Source: Candidatus Zixiibacteriota bacterium (GTDB lineage Bacteria > Zixibacteria > MSB-5A5 > UBA10806 > 4484-95). Taken from it: a stretch of 57,666 nucleotides of DNA. The stretch lies in NCBI GenBank assembly GCA_029932605.1, contig JAOZPT010000005.1, positions 1-57,666 of the forward strand, written 5' to 3'. The notes under the pieces are model-generated. The model ran no database searches. It had not been told where the DNA came from and was given only the letters and a program-made list of their open reading frames with translations. This document shows, piece after piece, positions 51,430 to 57,666 of the stretch. The stretch's first letter is position 1, and every line of letters starts with the position of its first letter. A program made the position numbers and the translations under genes.

Positions 51430-52467
51430 ATGGCAGAGCTGGTTCCCCAGAAGAGAAAATCGCTTGATAGCGCCATTACCCAGATAGAGAGGCAGTTCGG
51501 CAAGGGTTCGATAATGCGTCTAGGGGATGGTGTATCCCCTAGGAAAATTCCCACCATTTCAACCGGTTCTTTGGGGCTGGATATTGCTCTGGGTATCGGT
51601 GGCTTGCCCAGGGGGAGAGTTATTGAAATATTTGGCCCTGAGGCTTCGGGTAAGACTACCCTTGCTTTACATGCCATTGCCGAAACTCAGAAGTTGGAAG
51701 GAATTGCAGCATTCATAGATGCCGAACACGCTTTAGATGCCATTTACGCCAAGGCCTTGGGAGTCAATATAGATGACCTGCTTATCTCCCAGCCCGATAC
51801 GGGGGAGCAGGCGCTGGAAATAACCGAAACGCTGGTTCGCTCGGGCGCTGTTGATATAATCGTTGTCGATTCAGTAGCGGCTTTAGTTCCACGGGCTGAG
51901 ATTGAGGGAGAAATGGGAGATGCCCATATGGGTTTGCAGGCACGGTTGATGTCGCAGGCATTGCGGAAGCTATCAGGAGCTATATCTAAATCGAAAACAT
52001 GCGTGCTGTTTATCAACCAGATAAGGATGAGAATTGGTGTAATGTTTGGTAACCCGGAGACCACTACCGGTGGTAAAGCGCTTAAGTTTTACTCATCAGT
52101 GCGACTGGACATAAGAAAGATCGCCACCATTAAAGAGGGTCAGAACGTTACCGGCTCCCGAACCCGTGTAAGGGTAGTTAAAAATAAGGTAGCACCACCT
52201 TTTAAGGAGACAGAATTTGATATAGTCTATGGAAAGGGTATCTCCCGTACCGGCGAGCTTATCGATATCGGTGTTAAGGCCGGAGTTGTCGAAAAAGCCG
52301 GAACATGGTTCTCCTATGACGATGACAGACTTGGCCAGGGACGGGAAAACTCCAAAAAATATCTCGAGGAAAACGCCAAGCTTGCCAACGCTATTGAAAA
52401 GAAGATTCGCAGTTCTTATGGTTTAGATGACGGTTCAGAGGATAAAAAAGAAAAGGAAAAGAAGTAG
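51430..52467 (+). CDS. recA: Recombinase RecA
   Basis: [60 protein letters not shown]. Confidence 0.99.
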   Translation: MAELVPQKRKSLDSAITQIERQFGKGSIMRLGDGVSPRKIPTISTGSLGLDIALGIGGLPRGRVIEIFGPEASGKTTLALHAIAETQKLEGIAAFIDAEHALDAIYAKALGVNIDDLLISQPDTGEQALEITETLVRSGAVDIIVVDSVAALVPRAEIEGEMGDAHMGLQARLMSQALRKLSGAISKSKTCVLFINQIRMRIGVMFGNPETTTGGKALKFYSSVRLDIRKIATIKEGQNVTGSRTRVRVVKNKVAPPFKETEFDIVYGKGISRTGELIDIGVKAGVVEKAGTWFSYDDDRLGQGRENSKKYLEENAKLANAIEKKIRSSYGLDDGSEDKKEKEKK

Positions 52468-52692
52468 GACAGACATTCTTGTCTGTCCCCTACTGATGAT
52501 AAAAGTTTGTAAGTCAAAACCCCTGTTGTTTTTACAGAAAGAAGAGGCCGTAGGTCGGGGTCTGAGTAAAATAAAAATCACAACAGCTCTAAATTCAAAT
52601 TGTCGGGTTTCTCCCGTTGGTCGGCTTGTCCGCTCAGGTAACACGACCTGCTGACTAAACTCTTATAGAGGTGTATTGCAATACGCCCCTAC
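52464..52692. repeat. Cluster of different GTAG-type REP/REPIN palindromes
   Basis: GTAGGACAGACATTCTTGTCTGTCCCCTAC (52464-52493), GTAAGTCAAAACCCCTGTTGTTTTTAC (52509-52535), GTAGGTCGGGGTCTGAG...CTCAGGTAACACGACCTGC (52550-52651), TAGAGGTGTATTGCAATACGCCCCTAC (52666-52692). Confidence 0.7.
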
Positions 52693-52799
52693 AAGTTAGA
52701 AAAGAATAACATCTTTTACCGATATGATAATGTAGCTGTATATATTGACATATACATTTTATTATTTCTTAAACTTCCAGGAACTTCCTTCCTGTATAT

Positions 52800-52832
52800 A
52801 AAAAAAGCCGCCAGGTCGTATAACCTGACGGC
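52800..52832 (-). terminator. Rho-independent terminator of the DUF6754-like operon
   Basis: Minus strand GCCGTCAGGT-TATACG-ACCTGGCGGC-T7. Confidence 0.85.
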
Positions 52833-52845
52833 ATAATTATATTTG

Positions 52846-53544
52846 CTACTGAATCAGCTTCAGCCAATCGCTGTATAAGAAGTCCAGCCTGCCGATTAAA
52901 AGTGACATCCTCGACATAACCGTGTAACCAAACGAGGCGCCGAATGTCACCATCAGAAAATAGATGCCGATTTTAGCCGCACCACCGAAAGCCCCTTTGT
53001 GTTCCTTGGAGAAATAAAAATATGCAAGGCCGGTTATGACACCGATGAGAATTATCAGGGTGTTGAGGTTAGCCCAGCTTAAAAAACCGGGTTGTCCTAG
53101 GATTATGAAGTTTTTCAAGCTGTTTTCGATTTGAGCCAAGGCATTAGAGGCCAGATAGCGTGTAAGATAAACTCCGGAGGTGGTTCCCACAATAAAAGCT
53201 AATGGCCAGCGTGATATCCAGCCGATACGCGGGATCAATCGCATTAACATCATCACACCCAGTACACCGGCAATCAAATACCAGATATTAGGGTCGTATT
53301 TGCCATGGACGAATATGTTTTGCAGAGCGCCGTCCTCTGCGGAGAAGCCTAATACTTTGGTGATGCCCAGGTTGTCGAAAAGTTTCGGGACAAGGTTTTG
53401 CCAGAAAAGTGAGACGAACCAGTAACCGGCTGATATGCCCAGAAAGATAGCCTCGCTTAGTTTGTAGAAGGGGTTGTCTTTATAAAGGAATGATAGAATG
53501 CCCAGCGTAAGGAATGCTCCAATCCAAATTCCTAATGTGTTCAC
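52846..53544 (-). CDS. Uncharacterised multi-pass membrane protein (DUF6754-like operon, gene 4)
   Basis: About 6 TM; SFLYKDNPFYK, RWPLAFIVG, FGASFGYTVMSR; GTGA overlap with upstream gene; SD AAGGAGG. Confidence 0.8.
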   Translation of the reverse strand: MNTLGIWIGAFLTLGILSFLYKDNPFYKLSEAIFLGISAGYWFVSLFWQNLVPKLFDNLGITKVLGFSAEDGALQNIFVHGKYDPNIWYLIAGVLGVMMLMRLIPRIGWISRWPLAFIVGTTSGVYLTRYLASNALAQIENSLKNFIILGQPGFLSWANLNTLIILIGVITGLAYFYFSKEHKGAFGGAAKIGIYFLMVTFGASFGYTVMSRMSLLIGRLDFLYSDWLKLIQ

Positions 53545-54404
53545 AGTATCCCTCCTTTCTTTTCTTCACGAGTGGCAAAATATGCTATGTTGGCAATTAT
53601 TATGAAAAATACTATGACAGCATGGGCGAAAGTTTGTCCGACCATATAGCTTGTAGCTCTGCCTTTGAGATTTGTTAAAATCTCGAATTCGGCTCCGCCT
53701 TTCATACCTCCCAGAACACCTTTGAGTTGTTTACCCAGGTATGGGTAAACCATAGGTGCCTGGACAGCGGTATTTCCTGCTCCGAGATTAACACTGAAAC
53801 GGTCAGCAGCAAATAAAACCCACTCGACTGTACCCGGGTAGCCAGCTGAGAGGTTGAAGACATAATCGATATTGGAGAAGTTTCTCACACCCTGCATGAT
53901 GGGGTATTCACTTTCCTTGATAGAATGGCCAAAATAATCGCGTGGGAAAACATCGGGAATAGACGACCCCATTCTCTGGATGACCAGCTCGTTACCCGCC
54001 TGGAAACCAAGGTTGATATAATCAACGCCATATTCATATTGTTTTCCCTCCTTGGCTTCGGCGACCTCCCGGGCGCGTTCGGCCTGAATGGGACCCTGAG
54101 GCCAGAGCCCGATGACGACGACTTTGAAATTTCGCCGTAGAGCGTATTGGAAAAATGTCTCAGCCATCGGTTGAAGTTCAGGCTCCGAACTTGGATCGTA
54201 ATCTAAGGACACGAGCACGGTTGAGCCATCGGAAAGGCTTTCTAAGGATTCAAACAACGTCTCAACCTCGGGGGATACCGGGATTTTCATGTCAATTTTG
54301 ATGAACATGGGTATTGATAATGCAACAAAGGTGAATATGAAAATCACCCTGCGATCAATGCCCATCATTGTCTGCCAGAATTTTTTAGTTTTTTCCGTAA
54401 CCAT
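53541..54404 (-). CDS. Uncharacterised two-TM protein with central alpha/beta domain (operon gene 3)
   Basis: ATG at 54404 with SD GGAGGTG; N- and C-terminal TM; VLVSLDYDP, YGVDYINLGF, GVLGGMKGGAEFE. Confidence 0.8.
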   Translation of the reverse strand: MVTEKTKKFWQTMMGIDRRVIFIFTFVALSIPMFIKIDMKIPVSPEVETLFESLESLSDGSTVLVSLDYDPSSEPELQPMAETFFQYALRRNFKVVVIGLWPQGPIQAERAREVAEAKEGKQYEYGVDYINLGFQAGNELVIQRMGSSIPDVFPRDYFGHSIKESEYPIMQGVRNFSNIDYVFNLSAGYPGTVEWVLFAADRFSVNLGAGNTAVQAPMVYPYLGKQLKGVLGGMKGGAEFEILTNLKGRATSYMVGQTFAHAVIVFFIIIANIAYFATREEKKGGIL

Positions 54405-54405
54405 A

Positions 54406-55059
54406 TCATTCACCTCCCAGGTATGATCGCTCGATGCCAAGTATCAGCCTGAGCGAGGTTGAAACAATACCCAAGGCAATGCCTATCATAATGGCGCGTT
54501 GTCCGGCGGTATTGGGTATGTTCATTATCCAGTTGGATATTACCGACATATGCAGCCAGTTTGGCAACCATCCGGTAAGTACATCACCAAGAGGGACCCG
54601 CCCAAGCATAACGAAGAAAGCGGCAAGCAGGAGAACGGTTGCCTGTTTATTGCGCGCCCTGAATGCCCTGTAAGAGGCCGAGCCGACAAAGAAAGCCAAA
54701 AGGGCAAACATCATTGCCACTAGCGGCGAATAAACATGGTCATATAATTGCGAGAACGGTGTTCCCGGATCCAAAAACCTTCTACCGCCGCTGAAAAAGA
54801 AACCAACAATTACCATTATCATGAAAGTGATGATGACTATCAAAGAAAAGGGCCAATCCTTCTGACGCTTGTAAACCTTATCGCCGGAGACTTTAATCAA
54901 GTTTAATGCACCCAACCAGATAGCTGTAGCCTGGATAATTGAGAACCAATCGGAGAAGATGTCGTTTAGGGTGTCAAATGGAGTATGAGGTATGAAATAC
55001 TGTATCACGAGTACTATCCCTACGGTGCCGGCAATAATCAATGGAATCTCTCTTTTCAT
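54406..55059 (-). CDS. Uncharacterised multi-pass membrane protein (operon gene 2)
   Basis: About 6 TM; SASYRAFRARN, MLGRVP, PNTAGQRAIMIG; SD GGAGGT. Confidence 0.8.
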   Translation of the reverse strand: MKREIPLIIAGTVGIVLVIQYFIPHTPFDTLNDIFSDWFSIIQATAIWLGALNLIKVSGDKVYKRQKDWPFSLIVIITFMIMVIVGFFFSGGRRFLDPGTPFSQLYDHVYSPLVAMMFALLAFFVGSASYRAFRARNKQATVLLLAAFFVMLGRVPLGDVLTGWLPNWLHMSVISNWIMNIPNTAGQRAIMIGIALGIVSTSLRLILGIERSYLGGE

Positions 55060-55063
55060 ATGA

Positions 55064-56293
55064 TTAACCTCCTGTCACTTTAAAGAGCGATGCGAAATTG
55101 AAGAGCCCCAGCACCTGGATTACGAAACCTGCAATCAGAGCCAGGATGATTAACATCTTCCCAAGGTCCTGGCCCTTGAGGGAACCTAAAAGTCTTGGTT
55201 CATGAGAAAGGTAGGCGCTGGCGGCGAACAACTCCTCGCCGATTAACGTGTAGTCACAGGCGGCCACAAAAAACGGCAACTGGGCAGGCATGGCCGTGCC
55301 GGCAATCTGTATGGCACCGATTGAGTTGCCCGTCTCGGCAAGGATAAGTGACTCGGCAAAGAAAGCCCCTTGGTAAAAAATGGTGGCAGGTTTCTGACGT
55401 ACTATCAAACCATCGACACCAGCGGCATAACCGAACTGGTCATCGGTGAGGTAATAAACCATGTCATCGCTATAGGCATCGGGGCGGCCAGCATTCAAGT
55501 AGGCCTCTTTGACAACCTCGCGGGCGGTAACCATCACCAGCGATCTTGTAACCGGTACATCGATTCTGGCCTCGTATTCAGCGGTCAATTTGGCTACCCT
55601 GCCAAGGATTGTCACGCCGGCGATAGTCTGCATATTGTCCATATCCTGGATGCCGGGAATAAAAAAGATTTTCTTGCCCATCTCGGTAGCCCGTCCAACG
55701 GCTTCATCAACCGCCTCCAGTCCGGCGATCTTTCTTATATAGAGCTTTCTTCCGGCTTTGGCGCTAGAGATATAATAAAGTATAGATGTAACGAGGACTA
55801 CTACGGCGATAAACATGTTGATAAGCTTGAAATTAAACCATTGCTGTTTGGAAACTGCTGGTTCTGTTGTAAGTATACTTGCAGAGGCTCCACCCATTTT
55901 GGCCACAATGACATAATAATATGGTGTACCGTCTGTTGCGTTGTTATCAAGGTAGGTTTTGAATAGGGGGTTTTCCTTGTCACCACCGGAGGTCGTTTCG
56001 CCAATCTTCTCAAATGGGCCGTCGGGAGATGTTCCCCGTAGGATATCATATCCCTCAAACCCGGAAACGCCTTTGATATCATCTGGTGAGCATTTCCATT
56101 TTATGGTTATCGATGAACCCGCATCGTTGGGTGTGTCAAAGGCTTTAACCTCCTGCGGTGGTGATACCAGCGGTGGCGTAGTCGTATCCACTTGGATTTT
56201 GGGCTTTACTACTGTGGGAGAAGATTCTTGAGCATTTACTGCCCATATACAAAGAAATGCCAGCAACACACCCGATAGAATTTTTTTGTTCAT
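55064..56293 (-). CDS. Signal peptide plus FN3-like domain plus DUF6754-like membrane protein (operon gene 1)
   Basis: Signal peptide; ITIKW...GYDILR...YYYVIVA (FN3); TM; IRKIAGLEAVDEAVGRATEMGK...AESLILAETG...ACDYTLIGEELFAASAYLS; C-terminal TM. Confidence 0.82.
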   Translation of the reverse strand: MNKKILSGVLLAFLCIWAVNAQESSPTVVKPKIQVDTTTPPLVSPPQEVKAFDTPNDAGSSITIKWKCSPDDIKGVSGFEGYDILRGTSPDGPFEKIGETTSGGDKENPLFKTYLDNNATDGTPYYYVIVAKMGGASASILTTEPAVSKQQWFNFKLINMFIAVVVLVTSILYYISSAKAGRKLYIRKIAGLEAVDEAVGRATEMGKKIFFIPGIQDMDNMQTIAGVTILGRVAKLTAEYEARIDVPVTRSLVMVTAREVVKEAYLNAGRPDAYSDDMVYYLTDDQFGYAAGVDGLIVRQKPATIFYQGAFFAESLILAETGNSIGAIQIAGTAMPAQLPFFVAACDYTLIGEELFAASAYLSHEPRLLGSLKGQDLGKMLIILALIAGFVIQVLGLFNFASLFKVTGG

Positions 56294-56604
56294 ACATACC
56301 TCGCTAATAAAAAAACTCGATTAATCTTAGAGCCTTGTTGAGTGTCGATGCTATCGCTGATTGTTTATTAAAAGTGGTATAATCAAACATCTATCCGGCT
56401 TTCCAGTTAAAAATATATACCCATCATTATTATTTTATCTTACTTGATGAAGTTCATTTTAGTCAAGAGAAATGAAGAGAGGGGGATGTCTTAAAGGTTA
56501 ATAGTCAAATCATCGAAAAAATTGTGATGCCAAAGGTGTAAATACGCATTGGTGATATCGCTGGGGTAAGCAGATTATGTTACTTATAAGATTAAAGTTG
56601 AAAA

Positions 56605-56636
56605 GAAAAAAGGATATTTGTGCAATACCCTTTTTC
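56605..56636 (-). terminator. Probable intrinsic terminator
   Basis: AAAAAGGATATT-TGTGC-AATACCCTTTTT hairpin downstream of the beta-barrel gene. Confidence 0.55.
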
Positions 56637-56666
56637 ACTTTATTGAATATTTTTAGGATAGTGGCC

Positions 56667-57302
56667 TTAGTAGCGTGGCGGTGGAGTGGCCCCTTTTGAA
56701 TTAAACATCAGTTTAACAGAAACGTGGAAGGAACTAAAATCGTAATTGGTTATCACCAACCGATTATCGTTAATTGTTTCGAGGTCGGCATCGCCCATAT
56801 TATACCTGAATTCGATTTCATATATTGTGGCGGCATAAGGGTCAGAGCATAATCCAAAACCACCGGTTAAAAACCGCCCTCTCTCAAAAGATACATCGTA
56901 TGAATAATCAGGTGCCCAGTAATGCGTATTGGGCTCAAATAGACCTCCGCCACCAAAAAGATAAAGTTTACCCTTTTCGACATTGAACAAGTTATACCTT
57001 GCAAGACCACCATATTGGATCATGTTGTAGCTGGCACGGCCAAGATCCAGCGTCAGGCTCGAGCCGAATCGATAATATCTTATAAACGGTCCAAGGGAGA
57101 GATCGTTAAACAGGGCATATCTTAACTCAGCACCCATACTGAAGCCGTTGCCAGCCTGCAAATTGGGATTATCAGCAAAATCGTCTGTTGCAGAGGCCAG
57201 CCCGATATCAAATCCGCAAATAATACTTCCCGTCTGCTGGGCAAAAACCGGCCCCGAGATTAAGATTATCGTGGCTAAAACCGCAAATAATCCTTTAAAC
57301 AT
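56667..57302 (-). CDS. Small outer-membrane beta-barrel protein (OmpA-like TM domain)
   Basis: ATG at 57302 with SD AAGGAG; signal peptide ending PVFA; amphipathic strands GAELRY, LYLFGGGG, EIEFRY. Confidence 0.75.
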   Translation of the reverse strand: MFKGLFAVLATIILISGPVFAQQTGSIICGFDIGLASATDDFADNPNLQAGNGFSMGAELRYALFNDLSLGPFIRYYRFGSSLTLDLGRASYNMIQYGGLARYNLFNVEKGKLYLFGGGGLFEPNTHYWAPDYSYDVSFERGRFLTGGFGLCSDPYAATIYEIEFRYNMGDADLETINDNRLVITNYDFSSFHVSVKLMFNSKGATPPPRY

Positions 57303-57617
57303 CGGTAACTCCTTTTGGTTGTTTAGAACGATATCTCTCCCCGTTCCACAGGGCAATATAATATATTTCCCCAATTTGACAAGAGATAATTTTATGCTGG
57401 ATACAATCGCTATAATTTCTATCTAGGCAGTTTTTCCGAATTGTAAGAAAGCAATAGAGCGACAGTTTTAAGATAGTTCTTGAATCCCGGATAGTTAACT
57501 TGTTATAAAACCCTTAATAGATGTTTTGGGAGCTTGCTTTGATGCTGAGAACTTGGTGACAGAGGTTTTATTATTCTTTGATGTTAGACTACGGGGATGG
57601 AAAGTGAGAAAGTTTTA

Positions 57618-57666
57618 TTATTCAACATCCGTTCCGGGTATGCATGCCTCAACCGGACAAACCTCG
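57618..57666 (-). CDS. C-terminal end of a probable 4Fe-4S ferredoxin (5' part outside window)
   Basis: Manual translation EVCPVEACIPGTDVE*. Confidence 0.6.
   Translation of the reverse strand, partial: EVCPVEACIPGTDVE

Overview
Core chromosomal segment of an AT-leaning, LPS-producing (diderm) bacterium; gene content (DUF5916, IPTL-CTERM beta-helix remnant, hprK, large SRP RNA) suggests an FCB/Zixibacteria-like lineage (inference). The window appears to contain the replication origin. dnaA (minus) and dnaN (plus) diverge from a 1.2 kb AT-rich spacer, and by eye the plus strand changes from C-rich to G-rich across it. Left of it are glnA (partial), an OsmC protein, a probable operon (transglutaminase-like protein, ABC ATPase, permease, epimerase, MBL hydrolase), ltaE, a cold-shock protein, a PPIase, ligA and a stand-alone PolX N-terminal protein. 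Right of it are coaX, a kdsC-kdsD-lpxL-lptC-lptB block facing away from rpoN-hpf-hprK, a GH57 enzyme, coaBC-udg-dnaB behind tandem DnaA boxes, mreB, two tRNA-Lys, an IPTL-CTERM pseudogene, tRNA-Ala-ffs-dnaX-ybaB-recR, recA, clusters of GTAG-type REP palindromes, and a tightly coupled four-gene DUF6754-like membrane operon of unknown function. That operon is the best candidate for an undescribed system. No CRISPR array, prophage, integrase or intact transposase was seen. All calls rest on motif recognition without database searches.
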